A stretch of DNA of 64,000 nucleotides from an uncultured archaeon (GTDB taxonomy: Archaea; Thermoproteota; Nitrososphaeria_A; Caldarchaeales; Wolframiiraptoraceae). The stretch covers positions 38,819 to 102,818 of the forward strand of contig CALKCF010000006.1 of assembly GCA_938083505.1 (NCBI GenBank), given 5' to 3'. Below are positions 1 to 8,496 of the stretch, piece after piece (positions within the stretch are counted from its first letter, which is position 1; the number at the start of each line of letters is the position of its first letter). The translations under genes were made by a program, and so were the position numbers. The notes under the pieces were generated by a model. It did not search any database. It saw only the letters and a program-made list of their open reading frames with translations, and was not told the DNA's origin.

Positions 1-1
1 G

Positions 2-181
2 ATCCTGCTATGTGATGAGCCTACTGGTAATCTTGACTCGAAGTCTGCAGAAGGTGTAGTAAATGTTATAAAAAACATAAATAGAAGATACCGGTCTACG
101 GTTGTTGTGGTAACGCATAACGTGGAGATAGCGGAGGCAGCTGAACGGATAATCAGATTAAAGGATGGTAGAATTTTATGA
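2..181 (+). CDS. ABC transporter ATP-binding protein, C-terminal fragment; the 5' end lies outside the window
   Basis: The frame starting at nt 2 reads ILLCDEPTGNLD (Walker B/D-loop) ... VVVTHN (H-loop) ... RLKDGRIL. Stop TGA at 179-181 overlaps the next gene's ATG (ATGA). Confidence 0.8.
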   Translation: MLLCDEPTGNLDSKSAEGVVNVIKNINRRYRSTVVVVTHNVEIAEAAERIIRLKDGRIL

Positions 182-2196
182 AGGGGCATAAGATGCTTTT
201 AGCGGTAATATTATCAATAATGCTTGTAGTCACGCTCATGAGTCTGACGGGTGTACATTCAGAGAACATAATGGTTGTAGAAGCATTTTGGGGTGATTTG
301 GGCAATAAGATCGAAGTTGACGCAGGTGACAAGAACGTACCATTGATTTTACAGATGGTTAATGCAAGAAGGGAACAAATCATAGGTGTAAAAGGCTACA
401 TAGTTCTTCCTGAAGGGTTTGAGGATTCTTTGAAGAAATCCAGATACACCAGTGAAGCAGTCTATGCTGAACCCGTGCCAAGTGGACGGTCCTTTACGCT
501 CCGCTACCTCGTCGATATATCTGAGAGGTTAAAACCCGGCCTTTACAAAGCATATGCAATCATATATTATAAATATTATGACGAAGATGAGAAAGACCTT
601 GTCAGCTCCTCATCGTATGTTTACTTTGATCTAAGAATCACCGGAAAGAGTTTAGCTTCGATCAAGACTGAGCATAGCTCCTTGATACCGGGTACGATAA
701 ATGAGGCTAAGATCGTAATATCTAATGACGGTACTGCATATATGTATAACGTAATGATTTCAGTAGGAGACCCGGACATAGCTGGTGTGACCTTAGTTGA
801 TACAAAACGTTCTTGGCAATTTAGTAGGATTCCATCCAATACCAATGTTGTGCTGCCCATACTACTACAAATAGAAAATTATGCCGCAAACAAAGCATTA
901 CGTATGCCGGTAGACGTTACGTATCTAGACTCTTATGGGCAGCAAAAGAGGCTCCAACACAACGCTATGTTTCGCATAGGCACACAAATAAGCGAGAGGA
1001 TAAAAATTGAGGCAACATTTGACAATGATCTACTATCACCCACAACGGTAAACCAGTTAAAAATAACAATTCGGAATGAAGGGAGTGAGCCCGCGTACTC
1101 TTTGGAGGCTGAGCTAATACTTCCGCAAAGTGAGCCTGCGTTTCTCACATTTGTCGGAAAACCCGGCAGATGGAGCTTAAAAGAGCTGAAACCTGGAGAG
1201 GAATGTCCGCTAAATTTCGAGCTATTCGCCAGCCAGTTGGCTTCTGGTAAGTCATTCCAGCTTTCGTTGAAGTTATCCTATAGAGATATTTACAATAACT
1301 CATATGAGGAGACCAGAACAATAGGTGTGAGGGTTGCAGACCAACCACTTTCCAAAGCATTCAAAATAACATCGGGAGCTTACTTAACGTCCGGTTCTAT
1401 AAATAGTATGGAAATACTTGTGAAGAACTTAAAACCCTACGTGCTTAAGGACGTTTCGATAACGTTGGATTCCACAACTGGCTGGCTAACTCTACTGGAA
1501 GGTGCTAGAGAGTATTTCAAGGAGATACGTTCGGAGGAGGAAGTTGTGCTAAACATTCTTATATTTGTCTCAGAGCAGACCTTTGAAAGGTTATCCACTG
1601 TTGGGTACTCGGCTTACATAAACGTGAACGTCGAGTACATAGATTGGCAGGGCGTAACAAAAACGGAGAATTATAGATTGGGATATTATATCAGAGGTAT
1701 AATAGACTTAAAACTTCAAGACCTCAGCTTTGAGATCATAAATAGACAACCATACATCGTCGGAAGGTTGTTGAACGAAGGTAATGAGCCAGCATACTTT
1801 ACGAGGGTTTCGTTGGTTGATATTAATGATGTGATGCGTCCGCTTAAGTCCATTTATATCGGAGATGTGAACCCAAATGCTCCGCTGATGTTCAATCTAC
1901 CGATAGCCGTCGTAGGGAACATCACACCCGGAAGCTACACTTGTAAAATCTTAGTCGAATACAAAGATACGTTAAGGAACAATTTATCGAAAATACTTGT
2001 ACATAATATAATAATTACAAGTAATTGGCCGCAGCCCCAAGAAAAAACGAGCATTAGCTTATCCGATACCATTTGGTATACAGCCGCTATCTTAATTGGC
2101 ATGGCCGTTGTTGCTTCTCTCATATCAGTGATTAAGATAAGGGGGAGAAGGGGACGAGAATCGTTGATACACTCTGGTACGCCTTCAGCGGCTTAA
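178..2196 (+). CDS. Secreted or cell-surface protein with an N-terminal signal peptide, repeated CARDB/Ig-like beta-sandwich modules and a C-terminal TM anchor with a basic tail; accessory component of the ABC/FtsX transporter
   Basis: 672 aa. N-terminus MKGHKMLLAVILSIMLVVTLMSLTGVHS looks like a signal peptide. The motif x-N-(E/D)-G-x-(E)-P-A-Y recurs (IRNEGSEPAYSL, LNEGNEPAYFT, ISNDGTAYMYN). C-terminus AAILIGMAVVASLISVIKIRGRRGRES looks like a TM anchor. It sits between the ABC ATPase and the FtsX permease. Confidence 0.5.
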   Translation: MKGHKMLLAVILSIMLVVTLMSLTGVHSENIMVVEAFWGDLGNKIEVDAGDKNVPLILQMVNARREQIIGVKGYIVLPEGFEDSLKKSRYTSEAVYAEPVPSGRSFTLRYLVDISERLKPGLYKAYAIIYYKYYDEDEKDLVSSSSYVYFDLRITGKSLASIKTEHSSLIPGTINEAKIVISNDGTAYMYNVMISVGDPDIAGVTLVDTKRSWQFSRIPSNTNVVLPILLQIENYAANKALRMPVDVTYLDSYGQQKRLQHNAMFRIGTQISERIKIEATFDNDLLSPTTVNQLKITIRNEGSEPAYSLEAELILPQSEPAFLTFVGKPGRWSLKELKPGEECPLNFELFASQLASGKSFQLSLKLSYRDIYNNSYEETRTIGVRVADQPLSKAFKITSGAYLTSGSINSMEILVKNLKPYVLKDVSITLDSTTGWLTLLEGAREYFKEIRSEEEVVLNILIFVSEQTFERLSTVGYSAYINVNVEYIDWQGVTKTENYRLGYYIRGIIDLKLQDLSFEIINRQPYIVGRLLNEGNEPAYFTRVSLVDINDVMRPLKSIYIGDVNPNAPLMFNLPIAVVGNITPGSYTCKILVEYKDTLRNNLSKILVHNIIITSNWPQPQEKTSISLSDTIWYTAAILIGMAVVASLISVIKIRGRRGRESLIHSGTPSAA

Positions 2197-2237
2197 GGAC
2201 GCGTAAAATAAGGACTGTTCTTACTGTTATAGGCATA

Positions 2238-3386
2238 ATGATAGGGACCGCGCTGATAATATCTCTTATATCGAATACTGAAGGATTGAATATTCTGATA
2301 GATGAGGCTCTCTCGAAGATAGGTGTCAACAACATATTTGTAACACCTTCTGGAACGGTATCAGCCCGAGCTAGCCCAAGAGAGACCTTAAAACTGACGG
2401 ATGCTGACATTATCTTGCTCTCAAACTTGCCGGGTGTAAAGGCCGTTAGTCCATTCTATCTCTCCAAAGGTAAGCTAATAGGTGGCGGACTCGAGCAAAC
2501 TGTCTCCATAATAGGCCTAGACCCGACCTTGACCTATCAGGTATTGCCCGATTTGGAAATTTATCAAGGTGAGGATCTCTCCCCTAACGATATGGCGATG
2601 ATAGCCATAGGGTATAATGTTGCGTTTCCACCCGGAGAGGTAGGGAAGAGCATACCACCTTATAGCTCCGTAACGCTAGAACTTACGGTTGATGGAAAAC
2701 GCATTACTAGGTCTTACGTCGTTGGAGCAATCTATAAAAAATTTGGTTCAACACCTTACCTTGACGTTGATAAAAGCATAATGATAACAATACCGCAAGC
2801 ACGTAACATTTTTAAATCTACGAGTTACCCGAGCATAGTTGTGATTGCTGAATCTACAGAGTTCGTCGACCCTATCATTGAAACTTTAAATAACATTTAT
2901 GGAAAGGATGCGGACATCATCAGTCCTTTGACGATAGTAAGGCAGGTGAAGATAATACTCAATAACTTCACGATTTTCCTCTTGGTGGTGTCTAGCATAG
3001 CGTTAGTGGTTGCTGGCATAGGTATTATGAACACTATGTTCATGACAATCATGGAGAGGACGAAGGAAATAGGTATCCTCAGAGCTCTGGGCTTTTCTCA
3101 GAAGGACGTTGCAAAGATTTTCTTAACAGAATCGACACTGATAGGCATCATAGGAGGGCTGCTCGGTATAGTTTTAGGAAGCTTGTTGGCCATGTCACTT
3201 GGTGGGATGTTCTCGTCCTTTATAATTGGAATGAGCGGCAATCCGATAATATATCAGCCAAACATAACACCGAGTGTGTTGATGAATAGCTTTTTATTCG
3301 CCGTCATCGTCGGTCTTCTATCGGGAATATATCCGGCCTTAAGAGCTGCAAGGCTCGATCCTGTACAAGCGCTTAGAACCGAATAA
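2238..3386 (+). CDS. ABC transporter permease, FtsX/MacB family. The true start is probably upstream near 2160 at a non-canonical codon; the frame is open from 2136.
   Basis: C-terminal ...YPALRAARLDPVQALRTE is the classic FtsX/MacB ending. Extending the same frame upstream gives ...DTLWYAFSGLRTRKIRTVLTVIGIMIGTALII, the canonical N-terminus plus TM1. The ATG at 2238 falls inside that helix. An SD-like GGGGGAG sits at 2141-2147. Confidence 0.8.
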   Translation: MIGTALIISLISNTEGLNILIDEALSKIGVNNIFVTPSGTVSARASPRETLKLTDADIILLSNLPGVKAVSPFYLSKGKLIGGGLEQTVSIIGLDPTLTYQVLPDLEIYQGEDLSPNDMAMIAIGYNVAFPPGEVGKSIPPYSSVTLELTVDGKRITRSYVVGAIYKKFGSTPYLDVDKSIMITIPQARNIFKSTSYPSIVVIAESTEFVDPIIETLNNIYGKDADIISPLTIVRQVKIILNNFTIFLLVVSSIALVVAGIGIMNTMFMTIMERTKEIGILRALGFSQKDVAKIFLTESTLIGIIGGLLGIVLGSLLAMSLGGMFSSFIIGMSGNPIIYQPNITPSVLMNSFLFAVIVGLLSGIYPALRAARLDPVQALRTE

Positions 3387-3446
3387 AACTTCTGAGTAAG
3401 TTATGCATATAAGTTAATGTAAAACAAAAATATTTAGGAGTGAAGT

Positions 3447-4208
3447 ATGCACACGTTATTCATAACAGGAACTGCGGGGTCTGGTAAATCAACATTGACC
3501 TGGTCGCTCAATGAGTGGCTTCGTGATCAGGAGCAGTCAACAATAACGGTTAACCTAGACCCTGCGGCAACGGTCCTACCCTACGAGCCTGACGTGGATG
3601 TAAGAGAAATCGTCGACTATGAAAGAATAATGGTGACGCGCAGACTTGGGCCAAATGCAGCCTTGATAGCATCTGTAAGAGAAATTGCCAGGCATATAGA
3701 GGAACTAAGGGAAGAAGTTAATTCCTTTAACGTTGATTACGTACTTGTTGATACACCGGGTCAGCTTGAACTTTTCGCATTCAGGAAAGAGGGGAAAATA
3801 ATCGCTAAAAACCTTACCGACGGTTCTAAGGCAATGTTATTCCTCTTGGACCCAATGTTTTGCGTCAATCCGAAAAACTTCGCCGCAAGCATATTCCTCT
3901 CGGTCTCAATATACCTAAGCTTTGGCATACCTCTCATCATGGTATTATCAAAAATTGATGCAGTACCAAAGAAGTACATAAACAGGATACTCAGATGGGC
4001 TGAGTCTGATGAGGCGTTCTTAATAGACCTAGAAAATAAACTTAAAGGAGCCCAAATGTTGCTTGCAAGGGATGTCGCAAGGGCTGTGTTGGATGTAAGT
4101 AGCTTTGCACCCATAATGCCTGTATCTGCCCTCAACATGAACGGACTTGTCGAGCTTCATAGTGTTCTCTCAAGGATATTCAGCGAAGGTGAGTTAGAGC
4201 TTAGGTAA
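3447..4208 (+). CDS. GPN-loop GTPase (XAB1/Npa3 family ATP/GTP-binding protein)
   Basis: P-loop GTAGSGKST, GPN motif (RRLGPNAAL), and VLVDTPGQLELF. AGGAG SD upstream. Confidence 0.8.
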   Translation: MHTLFITGTAGSGKSTLTWSLNEWLRDQEQSTITVNLDPAATVLPYEPDVDVREIVDYERIMVTRRLGPNAALIASVREIARHIEELREEVNSFNVDYVLVDTPGQLELFAFRKEGKIIAKNLTDGSKAMLFLLDPMFCVNPKNFAASIFLSVSIYLSFGIPLIMVLSKIDAVPKKYINRILRWAESDEAFLIDLENKLKGAQMLLARDVARAVLDVSSFAPIMPVSALNMNGLVELHSVLSRIFSEGELELR

Positions 4209-4325
4209 AAAGCGTTTTACGTTCATCAAATTCCGCAACGAGTGTTCTAAATATTTACATAAATGTAAAAAGGTGTAGAGACTTATATAATACTAAAACT
4301 TTAAACTTTCAAAAAGGAGAGAGTA

Positions 4326-5165
4326 ATGACCTACAAAGATGCAGAAGTCGAGCAGCTTAAGGAAAAAATCAGGGAGCTTGGTGGTGTAATAAAGCAAATT
4401 GAAGTTGAGTTTAACGAAATCTCAAAAGAACTAGATTTTCTTCGTGAGCGGAAAGAAGAGGCAAAGCAGAAATTTCAAGAAAAGTTGAACGAAAAGAAGA
4501 AACTTTTGGAAGAGTATAAAAAACTGAAGTCCGACTTAAATACGTGCTATGTTTTAAAGGGCGACTTTATTAAGCAGTTAAATTTCATCGAAAATTACAC
4601 GAGATATCCAGAGAAGAACATTGGCATAGATGAAATAAAGGAGAGAATAAAAAACATAGAGTGGATAATACATACTTCGATACTAAAACCTAGTGAGGAA
4701 AGAAGGCTTTTCTTTGAATCCAAAAAGTTGGAAGAAGTCATTGCACTAATTGAGAAACGAGAAAACCTCATCGCTTGCATTAACGCTCAGAATGATAAAA
4801 TTAGGTCGATAAAGGATGAGATTAATACGATCAAAACCATGTTGAAAGACATTAATGAAGAAATTAGCAGAATGAGAGATGAATACGATAATTTAAAGAA
4901 AAAGTACGAGGAGAGGCGCAAAAATTACATGCAAATAAAGGAGAGGCTCAGTAAAGCAGAGGCTGAACGAATATTGCTTCAGTCCAGACTGACAGTGTTG
5001 ATGGAGTGGATTAAGACGAGTATGGACGAGGTAGCGAGACAGAAAGAAGAAGAGTTTAAGAAGCGCGTTATTGTCGAGGTTAAGCAAAAGTTATCAAAGG
5101 GCAAGAGCGTAACATTCCAAGAATTAAAACTCCTGCTTGAGAATGATGAGGAGTTTAAACTTTAG
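4326..5165 (+). CDS. Uncharacterised coiled-coil protein (K/E-rich heptad repeats)
   Basis: 279 aa, strongly charged, repeats such as EKIRELGGVIKQIEVEF and KKKYEERRKNY. No catalytic motif. AGGAGA SD upstream. Confidence 0.6.
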   Translation: MTYKDAEVEQLKEKIRELGGVIKQIEVEFNEISKELDFLRERKEEAKQKFQEKLNEKKKLLEEYKKLKSDLNTCYVLKGDFIKQLNFIENYTRYPEKNIGIDEIKERIKNIEWIIHTSILKPSEERRLFFESKKLEEVIALIEKRENLIACINAQNDKIRSIKDEINTIKTMLKDINEEISRMRDEYDNLKKKYEERRKNYMQIKERLSKAEAERILLQSRLTVLMEWIKTSMDEVARQKEEEFKKRVIVEVKQKLSKGKSVTFQELKLLLENDEEFKL

Positions 5166-5253
5166 AACGCGAAGGTCATAGTGACTTCTGATATTTTTAG
5201 AATGATTAACGTTATATTGGGCCAAATGGAAATATTTATAGCGGAAAAATGGC

Positions 5254-6435
5254 ATGGAGATTTTGGAAAAAAAGCAAGAGAGGTTCCTTATACTCGTAGT
5301 TGACAGAGATAATGATATTGGTAAGAAAACAGGCGTAAAAACCCCCATTATAGGAAAAGAGAACAATCTGGATGCTGCAAAAAACCTTGCATTGGCAGAC
5401 CCAGAAGAGTCTGATGCAAACGCTATGTTTGGTGCCATTAAACTATACGAAGAATTAGTTAGCAAGCACGGAAAAGAGAATGTCGAGGTTGCAACAATAG
5501 CTGGTAGTGAAAAAGGCGGCTACTGGGCTGATGAAAAGATAAGGCACGAGTTAGATGAGGTTTTGAAAAGCGCTCCATCGTCAGCATGCATTCTCATTAG
5601 TGACGGTGTCGCTGATGAGTTCGTATTTCCAATCATTTCATCAAAATTGCCAATAGTTTCTGTTAAGAGAGTTATAGTTAAACAAAGCGAGAGTATCGAA
5701 CACACGTGGCTCCTCCTCGGAAGATACATAAAGATGGCGATATTTGACACTAAATATTCCAAGGTTTTTCTTGGAATACCAGGATTGTTGCTGATCTTCA
5801 TAGGCATTCTTTATATTCTTGGTTTAATGAATCTACCAATACTTTTACTGATTATAGGTATAGCATTGTTAATTAGAGGTTTTGGAATTGATAACTCAAT
5901 AGCAACAAGGTTTAGAATGTTGTCGAAGTTCATATCCTCGCACCCATTGGTACAACTAAGAATCTTTGGCGCAATCTCTTCGTTGATTATTCTCTTAGTA
6001 GGCATTTATTCAGGTTACATTGGCGTGTCCTTAGCACTGCCGAAAAATGTGCAATTACCATCACTTTCTGAGGACTTTTATTATTGGTTAGGAATGTTTC
6101 CCATACTTGCGGGCCATTTCATACTTGGGGGCATAGATCTAGTTTTCATAGGTTTACTACTTGTAGTGCTTACGTACGGCATCTATTACATAATTTTGAA
6201 GAACATTAAATTCTGGAGGACGGTGCAGGCAATAGTTACGCTGATATGGTTATGGGCACTCTTAAAAAGAGTTGGGATGGTACTTTCGGACACCTCTTCT
6301 GCTACGGTGTTTAGCCCTCATGTAGGAATGTTACTCACGATAGGGCTTTTAGGCATACCAGCCCTAACAATAACGTTCATAGTTACAAGATACATGAGAA
6401 AGGTATACGCATCATACTTCAAGAAAACAAAGTGA
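5254..6435 (+). CDS. DUF373-family integral membrane protein: soluble N-terminal domain followed by multiple TM helices
   Basis: N-terminal ~150 aa soluble domain (LILVVDRDNDIGKKTG...), then about 7 hydrophobic helices. Confidence 0.6.
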   Translation: MEILEKKQERFLILVVDRDNDIGKKTGVKTPIIGKENNLDAAKNLALADPEESDANAMFGAIKLYEELVSKHGKENVEVATIAGSEKGGYWADEKIRHELDEVLKSAPSSACILISDGVADEFVFPIISSKLPIVSVKRVIVKQSESIEHTWLLLGRYIKMAIFDTKYSKVFLGIPGLLLIFIGILYILGLMNLPILLLIIGIALLIRGFGIDNSIATRFRMLSKFISSHPLVQLRIFGAISSLIILLVGIYSGYIGVSLALPKNVQLPSLSEDFYYWLGMFPILAGHFILGGIDLVFIGLLLVVLTYGIYYIILKNIKFWRTVQAIVTLIWLWALLKRVGMVLSDTSSATVFSPHVGMLLTIGLLGIPALTITFIVTRYMRKVYASYFKKTK

Positions 6436-7223
6436 GGAGCATGTTTCAGAAATTACTGAGTTTATTTGGTGCATACTGGCTGTATGAAAGGTGGTTGATG
6501 AGCACTGTTAAAAACGGCCCCATGCCAAAACATGTAGCATTAATCTTGGACGGAAATAGACGTTGGGCTAAGAATAAAGGATTAAATCATAGTTTTGGGC
6601 ACAAAGTTGGAGCAGATGTTGCAGAGAAAGTTCTTGATTGGTGCCTAGAGTTAAAAATCCAGACAATAACACTTTACGTTCTTTCTACGGAAAATCTGAA
6701 AAGAGATTCAGGGGAGTTATCAGAAATATTCAGGCTGATAAAGGAACGTGCGGAGAGACTCGTAAATGACCCGAGGATACATAATAATCGTGTAAAGGTT
6801 ACGATAATCGGTAGAAAACATCTCCTACCTGATGATGTCAGGAGAGCCCTTGAGAAATTAGAAAGCATAACCAAAGACTACAACAATCATTTCTTAAATA
6901 TAGCTGTGGCTTATGGCGGAAGGGCAGAAATAGTTGACGCCACAAAGAAGATAGCTTTCATGGTAAAGGAAGGAAGCCTTTCCGTTGACGATATAGATGA
7001 AAAAGTTATCGAATCAAATTTGTACACATCTAGCATACCGAACTCCGATCCCGACCTTATAATCAGGACATCTGGTGAGGAAAGGATAAGCAACTTTCTT
7101 TTGTGGCAATCTGCATATAGCGAGTTCGTTTTTTTGGACATATTCTGGCCAGAATTCAGAAAGATAGATCTGCTACGAACGCTCAGAACATATCAGCGAC
7201 GTACTCGTAGATTTGGAGTTTAG
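6432..7223 (+). CDS. uppS: Undecaprenyl/di-trans,poly-cis-polyprenyl diphosphate synthase (cis-prenyltransferase, UppS family)
   Basis: PKHVALILDGNRRWA substrate-binding motif. Archaeal-type N-terminal LYERWL. Overlaps the upstream stop by 4 nt. Confidence 0.85.
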   Translation: MRSMFQKLLSLFGAYWLYERWLMSTVKNGPMPKHVALILDGNRRWAKNKGLNHSFGHKVGADVAEKVLDWCLELKIQTITLYVLSTENLKRDSGELSEIFRLIKERAERLVNDPRIHNNRVKVTIIGRKHLLPDDVRRALEKLESITKDYNNHFLNIAVAYGGRAEIVDATKKIAFMVKEGSLSVDDIDEKVIESNLYTSSIPNSDPDLIIRTSGEERISNFLLWQSAYSEFVFLDIFWPEFRKIDLLRTLRTYQRRTRRFGV

Positions 7224-8287
7224 TATGTATAAGGATCGAACGGTGCCTTAGATAGCCGTACAGCACCATCCTTCCTAATTAGCAAAGTGTCTTCAAGCCT
7301 TATACCATACTGTCCTGGAATGTACACACCAGGCTCGCATGTCACGACCATGTTTTCAGCAAGCAAGTCTTTGCTATTGGGTGATATTCTTGGTGGTTCA
7401 TGAACACTTAATCCTACACCATGCCCCAAGCTGTGGATAAAAAATTCAGCAAATCCAGCATTTTCTATGAATTGTCTCGCAACCCTATCGATGAACGAGG
7501 CAGATACCCATGCCATCATGTGCTCTTCGGCTAAATTTTTGGCCTCTTCGACCACTTTGTAAACCTTCTCAATTTTGTCCTCTACCTTATCACCTACAAA
7601 AAACGTTCTTGTTACGTCTGCTGAATACTCGTTTACCGATGCGCCAAGATCTATTATAACAACGTCGCCAGCTTGAAGTTGCCTGTTGCTCGGACCGCCA
7701 TGGGGTAAAGACGATTTCGTACCAGAGGCCACTATTATGTTAAACGCGAGCCTGTCTGCACCACATCTAAGCAACTCTTCAGTTAATTCTGCCTTAACGT
7801 CCTGCTCAGTAACGCCCGGTGATAGTAAATCCGAGGCAACATCCATGCCCACATCAGATATTGCCGCCGCTTTCATTATATTCTCCAACTCCTTTTCGTC
7901 TTTTATGGACCTCAACTTCCAAACAAGTTCAGAAGATGGTGTTAAATGCAGAAACCTCAGTTTTGATGAGATTTTCAAAAAGGATTCAGCATCCATGTAA
8001 TCGAATCCGACGTCACCAACAAGTTTACTCAATTCTTCCACGAGTTCATCTTTGAACATATCATGGGTCTTTGTTTTAATTATATCAACGCCCTCTATAG
8101 TATGCTGAACGGCCGACTCATAGTAGAGGGGCAATGTATAAAGCTTGACAGTGCCGTCAGACGTTATTACGGCCGCGCCATCGCCCTTAAAACCTGTGAA
8201 GTAGTAAAGATTTTCAGGTAACATCAACAAATATGCACTGAAGGCCCTCTCTTCCATCAGATCCAATAGGCGTTTTATTCTCTCCAT
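7220..8287 (-). CDS. pepQ: M24-family Xaa-Pro aminopeptidase/prolidase
   Basis: Creatinase N-terminal region plus pita-bread domain with HSLGHGVGLSVHEPP metal-ligand motif. Confidence 0.8.
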   Translation of the reverse strand: MERIKRLLDLMEERAFSAYLLMLPENLYYFTGFKGDGAAVITSDGTVKLYTLPLYYESAVQHTIEGVDIIKTKTHDMFKDELVEELSKLVGDVGFDYMDAESFLKISSKLRFLHLTPSSELVWKLRSIKDEKELENIMKAAAISDVGMDVASDLLSPGVTEQDVKAELTEELLRCGADRLAFNIIVASGTKSSLPHGGPSNRQLQAGDVVIIDLGASVNEYSADVTRTFFVGDKVEDKIEKVYKVVEEAKNLAEEHMMAWVSASFIDRVARQFIENAGFAEFFIHSLGHGVGLSVHEPPRISPNSKDLLAENMVVTCEPGVYIPGQYGIRLEDTLLIRKDGAVRLSKAPFDPYTY

Positions 8288-8496
8288 CTATACATCAGCT
8301 ACCTTTTGACCTAAGCCGAAAAGGCAAGGTGACTAATATAACTTTTAAAAGTCCTCAGAATATGCTTAAGGGAGGAAGCGTATTATTTTAGTAAGACGCG
8401 ATTGTGGTACTGCGATATGCAGCACTTCCTTCCGACGGTATAAACAAATATTACCCCTCTACTTAAGAAGGCTGAAGAAGCTGCAGGGCATGTGGG

